From: Terriglobia bacterium
GTDB lineage: Bacteria; Acidobacteriota; Terriglobia; Terriglobales; Acidobacteriaceae
Direction: 5' to 3'
Assembly: GCA_963732045.1 (NCBI GenBank)
Contig: CAVSYI010000008.1
Coordinates: 63,317 to 127,316, forward strand
DNA: 64,000 bases
This document shows, piece by piece, positions 49,659-59,210 of the stretch. Both the position numbers and the translations under genes were made by a program. How positions within the stretch are numbered: the first letter of the stretch is position 1; each line of letters begins with the position of its first letter. The notes beneath the pieces were generated by a model that saw nothing but the letters and a program-made list of their open reading frames with translations, was not told the DNA's origin and searched no databases.

Positions 49659-50819
49659 ATGACACTCATGAAAGCGAGCTTGAAGACTGCCCTGCTTTTT
49701 TGTTTCTTAGCAACGCCGTCGAGTTCAGTCTACGCGCAGTCACCCAGTGACGACGTTCTTTCTCAACGAGCAGACGAAGCCATCAAAGCGCTAAGGAACC
49801 AAATGAAAATTCCCGGCACCAGCGTGGCTGTGGTGCGTGATGGAAGGATCATCAAGGCGACAGGGTACGGCCTCGCCAACGTAGAGCTGAACGTTCCGGT
49901 GACGCCAGCGACAATCTTTCAGGCGGGCTCAACCGGCAAACAATTCCTGGCGACGGCGATCCTCTTGCTGGCCGAAGAAGGCAAGCTCTCACTCGAGGAC
50001 AGCATCACGAAATATTTTCCCGAAGCGCCGGAGTGGTGGAAGCCGATCACCATTCGCCACTTGCTGACCCACACTTCAGGCCTGCCGGACATTTGGGGAG
50101 AGTCCGACAGCAGAGGAATGTTCGCGAATGCACTCGTCGACATGCGCCACGACTATACAGAAGATGAACTGCTCCGCACATTCATCAAGATGCGGCCCAG
50201 CTTTAAACCAGGAGAGAAATGGGAGTATTGCAACACTGGCTACCAGATTCTTGGCTTTTTGATTCGACGCCTGACCGGCAAGTCTCACAGCGATTTCATG
50301 CGCGAACGTGTCTTCCGGCCGCTCGCCATGGATACTGCAAGAGTCATCAGCGAATCCGACATCGTCCCCAACCGCAGCAGCGGCTACGTGATCGTCAACG
50401 GGCAACTAAAAAATCAAGAATGGATCGCGCCGTCGTTGAACACTACAGCGGACGGACCGTATTACATGACGGTCCTCGACCTTGCTAAGTGGGACGCCTC
50501 ACTCTACACGGAAACAATCCTGAAACGAACCAGCCTTGAGCAGATGTGGACCGCACAGGCAAAGTTAAACTCGGGAGAAACATACCCCTACGGTCTGGGG
50601 TGGTTTCTCGCCGACGTGAACGGCCATCGCTTGATGTACCACACCGGGGGAAATCAGGGCTTCTTCGTGAACATCTCTCGCTACGCAGACGATCGTTTAA
50701 CTATCATCGTGATGAACAATCTGGATGAGGACCACTGCGACACCCTGACAATTTCCGGAGCTATTGCTTCAATCTACATCCCGGCAACAAAAGGAAAAAA
50801 TCCGATTAAGGACTGGTAA
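49659..50819 (+). CDS. Serine hydrolase, class C beta-lactamase/PBP-like family
   Basis: 386 aa, signal peptide, SxxK motif FQAGSTGKQF, YxN-like YCNTGY. Confidence 0.8.
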   Translation: MTLMKASLKTALLFCFLATPSSSVYAQSPSDDVLSQRADEAIKALRNQMKIPGTSVAVVRDGRIIKATGYGLANVELNVPVTPATIFQAGSTGKQFLATAILLLAEEGKLSLEDSITKYFPEAPEWWKPITIRHLLTHTSGLPDIWGESDSRGMFANALVDMRHDYTEDELLRTFIKMRPSFKPGEKWEYCNTGYQILGFLIRRLTGKSHSDFMRERVFRPLAMDTARVISESDIVPNRSSGYVIVNGQLKNQEWIAPSLNTTADGPYYMTVLDLAKWDASLYTETILKRTSLEQMWTAQAKLNSGETYPYGLGWFLADVNGHRLMYHTGGNQGFFVNISRYADDRLTIIVMNNLDEDHCDTLTISGAIASIYIPATKGKNPIKDW

Positions 50820-51192
50820 CTTAGCAACCTAAGTGTCGGCGAAACATTGCGATCACACTCACCGCCAGACCGAGCGTAGTTGGTGAGAACGCCGGTTAAC
50901 GCCAGTTGATCTGTCGTAATATCTCCGTGAAGAGTGAAACCATGAACCGCCGCGGATCCTGCGCGTAGGGCATATGGCTCGACGAGTGGTCCACTCAACG
51001 CGGTTTTCGTTGTTTGAGATGTGGAGTTGCTTCCGATCTAACGAGATCAAGATGAGTCATGCAAATCCCCACGCAAGCCAACACCGGGCTTGCGTGGGCC
51101 ACCGTCCCGTCCCTTAACACTCACAAACTTGGGCAACATGGTGGCGGGAATATGGTTCGTGCAATCGCCTGTTTACAACTGTTGAGCATTCG

Positions 51193-51843
51193 CTAAACGT
51201 CGGGCTTGGCGCCGGGAAGCCTCTTTTTCAGCAGATCAATCTGTCCAGCGTGGTGAGATTCGTGCTCGCAAACATGAAACCACTTGCAGTAGTTGTTTGT
51301 AGGGCCCCAAGGCCAAGTCTGATCGACTGCCATGAGCCAGGTGTCGTCATGCTTACGAAACTCCGCCAGTGATTTCTCGCGAGTTTCTCGCAGGGCATCT
51401 AAATAGTAGGCCAGGTCATTGCCCTTAATGGTTTTGCGACCGGCGTCCCCAAGGTTCATTGCAGGATCCCATTTCTGCTTTACGGTGTCCGGCCAGTTGT
51501 CCCACTTTATCCCTTGGAATGTATTCATTTGATAGTACGTTTCCGTGGCCGCCAGATGCAGCAGTAGGGCACCAATACTGTTCGCGTTGGCGTCAAACAA
51601 GTAGTCAAGGTCCTGCTTCGTCATTCCCGCCACAGGCCTCACCACCGCGTCCTGCATCCACGTCAGCATCGAAACCATCGTGCCAACTTGCGGAGAATAC
51701 CCCGGCTTCGGACCAAGAATGTTCACACTTGTGTCAGGCGTATCAGCGGCGAACCCCGGAATTATTCCAAAACTGGCGAGCCCAGCGGTCAGTGCTGCGG
51801 TTTGTCTAATAAAACCCCTGCGTCCTGCATGCTTCATGCCCAT
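51193..51843 (-). CDS. DinB-family protein with twin-arginine signal
   Basis: 216 aa. RRGFIRQTAALTAGLASFG. His triad context LLHLAATETYY ... CEHESHHAGQIDLL. Confidence 0.75.
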   Translation of the reverse strand: MGMKHAGRRGFIRQTAALTAGLASFGIIPGFAADTPDTSVNILGPKPGYSPQVGTMVSMLTWMQDAVVRPVAGMTKQDLDYLFDANANSIGALLLHLAATETYYQMNTFQGIKWDNWPDTVKQKWDPAMNLGDAGRKTIKGNDLAYYLDALRETREKSLAEFRKHDDTWLMAVDQTWPWGPTNNYCKWFHVCEHESHHAGQIDLLKKRLPGAKPDV

Positions 51844-52144
51844 AGATCACTCCTTAATTGAAGTTGTTGCTGCGTCTGCACGCAGATCAAGGCTGACGGC
51901 AGCTTTTACCACATCATGAGCATTCCCTACAATCGTGAAGATCAGGGTGTTTCTCAGTTTCAAGGGAGGCATAACGGCGACAGCCATTGAAAAGTCTCGA
52001 GAGGAAAATCGCTACGGACAATTACCCGGCGCCTGGATTGGCAAGCAGTCTGACTCGACTCTATGATTGCAGCCGCGACATCACTGTTACACTCACGACT
52101 CCTCTACAAAGTGCCAAGACTGTCGAACGTTTCGATCACCTCAG

Positions 52145-52981
52145 CTATTTTTTCTTGTTTAGTCCCTTCCCAACGGATTCGGTTACGGCTTCGCGTACAG
52201 CCTGGATTACCGATGTCGGAGCGTCGTTCTGAATGTAGTGCCGTGAATTTGGCACGAGGATGTGTTGCGCGCCAGGAGTGTTGGCTGCCAACGTGTTATG
52301 AAGTTCCAGTTTCAGATCCTGTTCGAGCGGATTGCCAGGGAACTCTGGATTCTTCTTCGTGCCGGTCAGCAAGACGACTGGCACCAGGGGAAGAGCGGAT
52401 GCCCGGGCGACCTCGTCCCCACTATCATTAGCGGCCCCGAGTTCAGCTCGCACTATTGGAGGAATGTTCGGCATGGCTTCATCCAGCGCCCTCTGCCGGG
52501 CCGTCCACTCTGCGGCAGTCATCCGCGAATGTAAAAGTTGAATAAGGCGTCCATCCTCAGGATCAACAAGGACCAGTCCTGCAACCTCGTCTGGGTAACG
52601 ATGGGCAAAGACCTGGACGATGGCTCCGCCGAGCGAGTGCCCCACGAGCACATAGGGGGGCGCGATCTTTGCCGCTACCAGAACGGATTGAAGATCAACA
52701 GCCATTTGCACAACGGTGCGTGGCAGCGACGTCGGCTCTGATTGGCCAAGTCCGGGACGATCGTACACGACGGTATGCGCAAATTCCGCAATTGCAGGAC
52801 GCACGTCGTTCCACGTGCTGGCATCCTCTCCCATGCCCGATTCGAACACCACGGTTGGACCCGTACCAGACTCCGAGATGTGTATACGAACGGTCCCGAC
52901 CTGCACGCTACGATCGGCAGCTCGAGCGAACAAGCCGCAGATGACAAGCAAAACGATTGTTGAGACTGTCTTGTTGAGCAC
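52145..52981 (-). CDS. Alpha/beta hydrolase
   Basis: ORF 52145..53155. GTG at 52981 gives signal peptide VLNKTVSTIVLLVICGLFARAA. Nucleophile elbow VGHSLGG. The upstream extension would overlap the divergent MBL gene. Confidence 0.7.
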   Translation of the reverse strand: MLNKTVSTIVLLVICGLFARAADRSVQVGTVRIHISESGTGPTVVFESGMGEDASTWNDVRPAIAEFAHTVVYDRPGLGQSEPTSLPRTVVQMAVDLQSVLVAAKIAPPYVLVGHSLGGAIVQVFAHRYPDEVAGLVLVDPEDGRLIQLLHSRMTAAEWTARQRALDEAMPNIPPIVRAELGAANDSGDEVARASALPLVPVVLLTGTKKNPEFPGNPLEQDLKLELHNTLAANTPGAQHILVPNSRHYIQNDAPTSVIQAVREAVTESVGKGLNKKK

Positions 52982-53090
52982 GTTTGAAAACCCCCACAGC
53001 GATATACGTCTTAGGGGGCCGAATGTTCCACCGAAAACCTTTTCGCTGGCGACAGCTGCACGAAATGAAGCGCTGCCGTACACTTCTGCC

Positions 53091-53969
53091 ATGAGAGACG
53101 TATGTTTCAGAATTGTCCTGCTGCTCATCTGTGCAACCGCAGGAGCGCAAGCCACCCAACCAGCCCAGACGCCGGGAACGGATTACCTCGTGCCGTTTCC
53201 GGCTCATCATGTGATCGGAAATGTCTACTTCGTCGGTAGCAAGGGATTGGGTATCTATCTTCTAACGACTCCGCACGGGCACATCCTGATCAACGCCGGA
53301 CTAGACGAATCGGTTCCCATGATTCAGCAGAGCGTCGAGAAACTCGGGTTCCGATTCAGCGACATTAAAATTCTGCTGATCAGCCATGCGCATTTCGATC
53401 ACGATGCGGGTGCGGCGCGCATCAAGAAATTGACTGGCTCCAAATATATGGTCATGGACTCCGATGTGCCGGTTGTCGAGTCTGGCGGCGGGAAAGATTT
53501 CGCCTATGCCCACACTCCCGGGATGCTTTATCCGGCCGCGAAAGTGGATCGCGTCCTGCACGACGGCGATACCGTGACCCTCGGCAACACCGTGCTGACG
53601 GCGCACCTGACTCCGGGACATACGAAAGGCTGCACCACCTGGACAATGAAGGTGAACGAAGGTGGCAAAAGTTACGACGTGGTGATTGTCGGCAGCCCCA
53701 ATGTCAACCCGGGATACAAATTTGTGAACAATGCCGAGTATCCGCAGATCGCTAGCGATTATGAAAAGACGTTCCGTGTGCTGCGGTCGCTGCACTGCGA
53801 CGTGTTTCTCGGCGCGCACGGGAACTACTACGACATGGAATCGAAATATGCGCGCATGACGGCAAGCGCGAACCCGTTTGTTGATCCGCAGGGCTATCAA
53901 AAATATATCGATGAACGCGAACAAGTCTTTCGAGCGGAACTGGCCCGGCAGCAGGCGCCAGCACGGTAA
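53091..53969 (+). CDS. Subclass B3-type metallo-beta-lactamase fold hydrolase
   Basis: ATG 53091 (MRDVCFRIVLLLICATAGAQA, signal) within ORF 52716..53969. ISHAHFDHDAG (HxHxDH), LTPGHTKGCTTW, FLGAHGNYY. Confidence 0.8.
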   Translation: MRDVCFRIVLLLICATAGAQATQPAQTPGTDYLVPFPAHHVIGNVYFVGSKGLGIYLLTTPHGHILINAGLDESVPMIQQSVEKLGFRFSDIKILLISHAHFDHDAGAARIKKLTGSKYMVMDSDVPVVESGGGKDFAYAHTPGMLYPAAKVDRVLHDGDTVTLGNTVLTAHLTPGHTKGCTTWTMKVNEGGKSYDVVIVGSPNVNPGYKFVNNAEYPQIASDYEKTFRVLRSLHCDVFLGAHGNYYDMESKYARMTASANPFVDPQGYQKYIDEREQVFRAELARQQAPAR

Positions 53970-54102
53970 GCCTGTATCCTGGACAACTGCTGCAAATCCC
54001 CGGTGACTCATTGGCCGGGACCCCAGTAAACAATTCTCAATTGGTGCCGTCGCTTGGTATCAACCATTGAGCTGGAGATGAGGAGATCCGCGGCAAAGGA
54101 AA

Positions 54103-54954
54103 TCACTGCAGACGGAAAGTCACTTCTACGTTAATCAACACTGCCACGGGCTCGCCGCCCTTCATAGCAGGCTTGAAAGTCCAACCAGCTACTGCCGTCA
54201 GGGCCATCAGGTCCAAGCCTTCACCAAGCCCTTTCGTTATCTCCAAGACTTCGGGAAAGCCTTTTTCATCCACGACCACGAGCATAATCGTCTTGCCTTC
54301 CAGTCGTTGTCGCCGCGCAGTTTCCGTGTACTCTGGATCTGGCATGTGGATAGGTTTTGGCGGATCGATTTTCCCAGGACTGACCAGATACACAGGCCGA
54401 TTCCCTTCTAATTCGGCCACAACCGGACTTGGCGTACGATCGCGAAGAACTTTCATCTGATCTGCCGCGTCGGGTCCGCCTACGTCAAATTTCGGTTTCC
54501 AATACTTACCCACCCTCTCCAGCAGTCCAACCCCTTCGAATACTCTCGATAGAATCTTGTTCACCTGAGCAATGTCCAACGGCGAGTCGGGCAAGACGAC
54601 CCTGACTTGTATCCCGCGGTCTGTCGCCAGCGGAATGACTTTTGCGTCTGTGTTGCCCGAGCGTAGGGCAAGAATCACTCGCTTACCGCGGATTTCCAGA
54701 TACCGTTGGGCCAAGACAACCTTCTCAACTTGCAGCATCCCACAAATTGACCACGGACACGCGGCCGCCGAACCGGCTAGCGTGCCTCGCTCATCGAACT
54801 GCAACTTGTTTGCTGCATACGGAGACCTAAGCGAAAGTAGATTGTGCTCATAGATTTTCCTCAGATCGTCCTCAAGGTTCTTGCGAGTGTCAGCGCTAAC
54901 GGCAGTGGAGGAAATCAAAATGCAACAAAGGATGCTAGAGATGAGATATTTCAT
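54103..54954 (-). CDS. Secreted protein with TonB C-terminal-like domain
   Basis: ORF 54103..54993. Start MKYLISSILCCILISSTAVSA at 54954. C-terminus PEYTETARRQRLEGKTIMLVVVDEKGFPEVLEITKGLGEGLDLMALTAVAGWTFKPAMKGGEPVAV. Confidence 0.6.
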   Translation of the reverse strand: MKYLISSILCCILISSTAVSADTRKNLEDDLRKIYEHNLLSLRSPYAANKLQFDERGTLAGSAAACPWSICGMLQVEKVVLAQRYLEIRGKRVILALRSGNTDAKVIPLATDRGIQVRVVLPDSPLDIAQVNKILSRVFEGVGLLERVGKYWKPKFDVGGPDAADQMKVLRDRTPSPVVAELEGNRPVYLVSPGKIDPPKPIHMPDPEYTETARRQRLEGKTIMLVVVDEKGFPEVLEITKGLGEGLDLMALTAVAGWTFKPAMKGGEPVAVLINVEVTFRLQ

Positions 54955-55356
54955 CCTACTCGAAATCCTTTTTGACACCTGACACATGGGCATACAATTC
55001 TGAGGCTCGACTCGCTCACGCTATTATGCCTGACAGGTCTGCGTTGGCTTGGGATCTGGCGGACGGCCTGTTCGTAATCAGCAGCACACAGGCGCATCGG
55101 GTTTCCCTAAGCGCTAGTAAGCGATATCCCATTTCGGCGGGTCTGACCTTTGACGCTTTCTCGTTCCCGATAGATCATCGAACCTGTTCTTTCTTTGCTG
55201 TTGCGTAATGCACCCAGTTAGCGTTTGCGCGTTTTGCGCGACCGCATCACTGGCATGGTGGGCTCCGATAACCTGTCCCATTCGCGACCTTACTGTGTAC
55301 AATCTCGCGACGGCGATCTCAGTCCCCTCGAAGCGTTTCCGGAAAGGCAGGTTCTG

Positions 55357-55707
55357 ATGTCCGAACTCGCATCTTCAAATGTCCTGACTCTTACAGTTTG
55401 CCGTAGCGGCGATGACTCCGAGGTGCGCTGCGTCGGACGGTTGGTGGCGGGAGTGAACGATCGTCTTCAGTTCGAAGTCAGCCGGTTGATTCCAAGCTCG
55501 AAACGAATCTTGCTCGACTTCACGGATTTGACCCATATGGACAGCACCGGGCTGGGCACGCTGGTTCGGTTGTACGTCTCTGCGAAATCAGCAGGCTGTC
55601 CTTTGCAACTCTATAACGTGGGGAAACCAATTCGGCAGCTGCTGGGAATTACGCATCTCATATCGGTCTTCGAGGTGATCGGGAACAACAACATCCGGTG
55701 CGGATGA
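55357..55707 (+). CDS. STAS-domain anti-sigma factor antagonist
   Basis: ATG 55357 within ORF 55225..55707. ILLDFTDLTHMDSTGLGTLVRLYVSAKSAGCPLQLYNVGKPIRQLLGITHL. Confidence 0.75.
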   Translation: MSELASSNVLTLTVCRSGDDSEVRCVGRLVAGVNDRLQFEVSRLIPSSKRILLDFTDLTHMDSTGLGTLVRLYVSAKSAGCPLQLYNVGKPIRQLLGITHLISVFEVIGNNNIRCG

Positions 55708-55721
55708 TCAAAAGTTGCAGC

Positions 55722-56597
55722 CTACTTGACTGCCACGTGACTCAACGCCGCTTTAATTCCTCCAGCCACGGAATCGGAAGTACCCACTCCCCAGAAGTGC
55801 ATGAAAAACAGACGCGGTTGCTCGGTCAGCATGTGACTGTGAAGTGCTGTGACCTGGATCGAATGCTCTTCCAGCGCGGAAATCACAGGATTCACTTCGT
55901 CCGCGGTAAGCACAAAGTCACCTGTTGTCGCGATGTTTCCTGAGCCGGCATCCTGGAAGTTGATCGATTCGGCGACGCCTTGTGCTCCGGTAAGCGTCAT
56001 TCCATGGTCGGTGACGGCCTGCGAGCGCGGAATGCCGAAAGACAACACACCGCCCCCAAAGCGTCCTTTTGTACCCAGCGTATCTTCGACCGTCTTGACG
56101 AATGCGGGTGGTTCGCCCGCCTGGGCCGGAGGCGCCGGTTTGTCGAGTGGCGTTTTCGATTCTGCCAATCCTGCTCGCAGGGACTTGGCGAGATCGACCG
56201 CCTTGCCATGTCCTGAGTAATGCATGTAGAGAACTTGTGGTGTCTCTTTCATCAGGTGGTTGTGCACGGCTGTAACTTCGAATCCGGCAGCGCGCAATGC
56301 CTTCATGACGGGATTCAATTCGTCTTCGAGAAGAACGAGGTCGCCCATTACAGAGGCATCGCTGTCAGTTCCCGCGAACGCTGCCCAGGAACCCAGCGCG
56401 AATCCCGGCTTAATCTCGATGCCGCCGACCGAAACGTGGAGATCCGTGCGGGGAAATCCTACCCGGTAAACGTCACCGGACTTTTGACCGGAACGGCCTA
56501 ACGCTTCGTCGATTTTTGTCGTATCTAAGACTTGGGCGGACGTGAGGACGGACCAAGCCAAAAGTACCGATGCGATGATGAAAGTTCTTGCCTTCAC
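55722..56597 (-). CDS. DUF1259 (LpqO-like) secreted protein, two repeats
   Basis: 291 aa, signal peptide. Duplicated pattern VYRVGFPRTDLHV...GDLVLLEDELNPVMKALRAAGFEVTAVHNHL and GDFVLTADEVNPVISALEEHSIQVTALHSHM. Confidence 0.7.
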   Translation of the reverse strand: MKARTFIIASVLLAWSVLTSAQVLDTTKIDEALGRSGQKSGDVYRVGFPRTDLHVSVGGIEIKPGFALGSWAAFAGTDSDASVMGDLVLLEDELNPVMKALRAAGFEVTAVHNHLMKETPQVLYMHYSGHGKAVDLAKSLRAGLAESKTPLDKPAPPAQAGEPPAFVKTVEDTLGTKGRFGGGVLSFGIPRSQAVTDHGMTLTGAQGVAESINFQDAGSGNIATTGDFVLTADEVNPVISALEEHSIQVTALHSHMLTEQPRLFFMHFWGVGTSDSVAGGIKAALSHVAVK

Positions 56598-56854
56598 AGT
56601 TTGTCCTCTTCGCCAGGGGAATTTGCGGAAAACGATTCTATCCGATTGAACGCTTTTCGGATCTTGGCGCTTCCCGAATGGTCCATGAGTGGATCAGGAG
56701 GTTTTCACAAAAAACATCGCCACCACCCTCAGTCGAGTGACGCAGAGCGACGTCACATCTGGCGTGGTGTGGACTAAACAGCCGACCGCAGCGGCTAAAG
56801 CCTGATTACCCTCGGCCACCGGCGGCACGACTGAAGTCATGCCCTTCCCAGAAT

Positions 56855-57133
56855 TCAGGGCTGGACCGAGTTCAATCCCAGGTACACTGCCCAGCCGGCG
56901 ATGACCAGAATCATGACGCCCGAAGTTGCTCCCAGCATTTTCACCACAGGCGTGATTTTGTTGACCTTGGCCATGAGTTCCTGCTGGTCCTTTGCCATGG
57001 CGGAAGCAGAATCATCCAGGAAAAGTTGGTCGTCTTCCTGCATGGTCAGAGTACTGCGGTAGATTAAGAGGATAATCAGAACGACGGTGAGCGCGCCCCA
57101 CACGATCAGCAGCCATAGCAATCCCGGAGTCAT
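56855..57133 (-). CDS. Small two-TM membrane protein (92 aa)
   Basis: MTPGLLWLLIVWGALTVVLIILLIY ... GVMILVIAGWAVYLGL. No family recognised. Confidence 0.4.
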   Translation of the reverse strand: MTPGLLWLLIVWGALTVVLIILLIYRSTLTMQEDDQLFLDDSASAMAKDQQELMAKVNKITPVVKMLGATSGVMILVIAGWAVYLGLNSVQP

Positions 57134-57434
57134 AGACCACCTCGAAACTAATGTCGAGCCGGTTCCCGAAGGCTGTTACAGATAGATTGTTTGGTTGTGG
57201 CCCCCACAACCCAGCTTTCGGACAAGGGCCCCAACCGGGGATTATAGACCTGTTGGCAAGGCCCGGTGGGTGTTTTTAGGCCTGCACCGTGGGGGTCGGC
57301 AGGGTCATCTAATACCTAAGAAACGACGGGGGTTGACTGGAACGACCCCGGCTACTCGCTGGTAACGACTTTTACAGGTTGCGTTCCGGCGGGCTTTGTT
57401 ATAATGGTAATCGAGTCGTTTCAAGGAGATACCT

Positions 57435-57809
57435 ATGGCCACCACAACAGTCCCTGAAGTTAAGCCTGCTGAGACAAAAAAAGCTCCTATCAGCCTGACA
57501 GCAAACGCTATTGCAAAGGTCAAAGAGACCATGGCGCAACAGAATCCTGTCCCGGCTGGACTGCGCGTTGGCGTGGTTGGCGGCGGATGCTCGGGTTTCT
57601 CCTACTCGATGCAGTTCGAGAATGGCGCCGGCATGATGGACAAAGTTTTCGACATGGACGGTCTGAAAGTGTACGTGGACGCGACATCGGTCATGTACCT
57701 GAACGGCTGCATCGTGGACTACGTCGAGACCCTCGAAGGCGCCGGCTTCAAGTTCGAGAATCCGAACGTGAAGAGCACCTGCGGCTGCGGATCATCGTTC
57801 AGCGTGTAA
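57435..57809 (+). CDS. erpA: Iron-sulfur cluster insertion protein (HesB/IscA/ErpA family)
   Basis: 124 aa. GGGCSGFSY and C-terminal CGCGSSF motifs. Confidence 0.85.
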   Translation: MATTTVPEVKPAETKKAPISLTANAIAKVKETMAQQNPVPAGLRVGVVGGGCSGFSYSMQFENGAGMMDKVFDMDGLKVYVDATSVMYLNGCIVDYVETLEGAGFKFENPNVKSTCGCGSSFSV

Positions 57810-57826
57810 GGGTTTTGGATTGTGGG

Positions 57827-57858
57827 AAGCCTCGCCTAGCGGCGAGGCTTTTGCTTTT
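57827..57858 (+). terminator. Rho-independent terminator of erpA
   Basis: aagcctcgcc-tagc-ggcgaggctt followed by ttgctttt. Confidence 0.7.
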
Positions 57859-57970
57859 GTAGCGCCGGCGTCCCGCCGGCCCGATAGGCGGGCGAAGCCC
57901 GCCAGAGTTTGGAAACTGCAAAGCGGAGCGCGGGACGCCCTCCGGACAGCCGGCGGGACGCCGGCGCTAC
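57859..57970. repeat. GC-rich inverted repeat gtagcgccggcgtcccgccggc / gccggcgggacgccggcgctac with internal hairpins
   Basis: 22-nt arms at 57859-57880 and 57949-57970 are perfect complements. Internal ggcggg-cgaa-gcccgcc hairpin. The right arm overlaps the modC stop codon (57967). Confidence 0.6.
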
Positions 57971-59094
57971 GAAATACCCATCAAATGGCAGGAGTGGGTT
58001 TTTACCACCAGCCATACTTCCCGTCCCGGCTGCAGTTGGAGAGAGTCTCGAGCGGCCAGCGTGAGATGGACTTCCATTTCGACCCCGCAATTTACTTTCG
58101 CCACGACGATCACATCGCGCTGCGCCAGTGACGCGATCCGACCCGGAATAATGTTGCGCGCGCTCAATCCTACGGGCGCGAGCGATGCGAGGAGAATGTC
58201 TCCTGCGCGAATTCCGACTCGCAACGTCGTTCCAACTTCCGCTTTCACCAACGGCGTTTCAATCTCCACTTTGCTTCCGGCCAACTGGCACACCATGGTG
58301 CCTCGATCTTCGTGAACTGCATTCACGATCGCGTCGAAGATATTCTCGAAACCGGCCAGTTGCGCCACCGTCTCCTGGTGCGGTGCGCTCATGACCTGGT
58401 GCGGGGTTCCTTGAGCAATGGATCTGCCGTTTTCCAACACGATCACCTGGTCGCCCAGTGCGAAAACTTCGTCCCGGCTATGCGTCACATACAAGATCGG
58501 AATGCGATGCTCATGGTTCCATGCCCGCAGGTCCTCGACAATCTTCGACTTGGTGATGGCATCGAGTGCGGCCAGCGGTTCGTCGAGCAAAAGAATGGAT
58601 GGATCGATTACCAGGGCGCGGGCTAACGCACATCGCTGGCGCTCTCCGCCAGATATTTCGGTCGGCTTTCGGGAACTTAGATGGGCGATGCGAAACAACT
58701 CCAGAATAGCGGCGCTGCGCTGCGCTCGTTGCGCGGGACCTAGATGGAACAGACCATACTCGACGTTGTTCAGCACGGTCAGGTGGGGAAATAATGCCAG
58801 GTCCTGAAAAACGTATCCAACTCTTCGGAGTTGTGGAGGAATATCAATTCGCCGTTCACTGTCGAAAAGAATTTTTTCCTGAGTTGCGATTCGACCCTGA
58901 TCGGGATGAACCAAACCGGCGACGCAATTCAACAGAGTCGTCTTCCCAGCTCCAGAAGGGCCAAACAGGATCGTGATGCCCGGAGGCAACGCGAGGGAGA
59001 GGTCGAGTTCGAAATCTTTTCCCAGGCGTTTGCGAATTTGTACGAAGGTTTCAGCAGGTTGTGTGGGGCCGGTATTCGCGAATGTTGAATTCAT
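57967..59094 (-). CDS. modC: Molybdate ABC transporter ATP-binding protein with C-terminal TOBE/Mop domain
   Basis: 375 aa. Walker A GPSGAGKTTLLN, signature ISGGERQRCALARAL, Walker B ILLLDEP, C-terminal TOBE-like repeats. Confidence 0.85.
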   Translation of the reverse strand: MNSTFANTGPTQPAETFVQIRKRLGKDFELDLSLALPPGITILFGPSGAGKTTLLNCVAGLVHPDQGRIATQEKILFDSERRIDIPPQLRRVGYVFQDLALFPHLTVLNNVEYGLFHLGPAQRAQRSAAILELFRIAHLSSRKPTEISGGERQRCALARALVIDPSILLLDEPLAALDAITKSKIVEDLRAWNHEHRIPILYVTHSRDEVFALGDQVIVLENGRSIAQGTPHQVMSAPHQETVAQLAGFENIFDAIVNAVHEDRGTMVCQLAGSKVEIETPLVKAEVGTTLRVGIRAGDILLASLAPVGLSARNIIPGRIASLAQRDVIVVAKVNCGVEMEVHLTLAARDSLQLQPGREVWLVVKTHSCHLMGIS

Positions 59095-59114
59095 GAACGG
59101 TGTTTGCTAAGACC

Positions 59115-59210
59115 AATAACCACGAAGGACACTAAGGTACACGAAGGAAATCCAAGAGTTCACGGGGACGGGGCATTCCTTCGTGTTCCTTAGTGTCCTT
59201 CGTGGTTATT
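59115..59210. repeat. Composite hairpin of the cacgaagg family between modB and modC (intra-operon)
   Basis: aataaccacgaaggacactaaggtacacgaaggaa (59115-59149) versus ttccttcgtgttccttagtgtccttcgtggttatt (59176-59210), 34/35 complementary. The right arm overlaps the modB stop (59206-59208). Confidence 0.7.

Noticed and set aside
50896-50990. Possible relic of an alpha/beta-hydrolase C-terminus on the minus strand (…SSSHMPYAQDPRRFMVSLFTEILRQINWR*).
   Set aside because: Only about 30 residues of weak, motif-level resemblance. It is too short to support without a database alignment.
56790-56852. Sequence ...ggcggcacgactgaagtcatgcccttcccagaa resembling dispersed repeat words seen in related genomes.
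   Set aside because: There is a single copy in the window and no inverted partner. It cannot be evaluated here.
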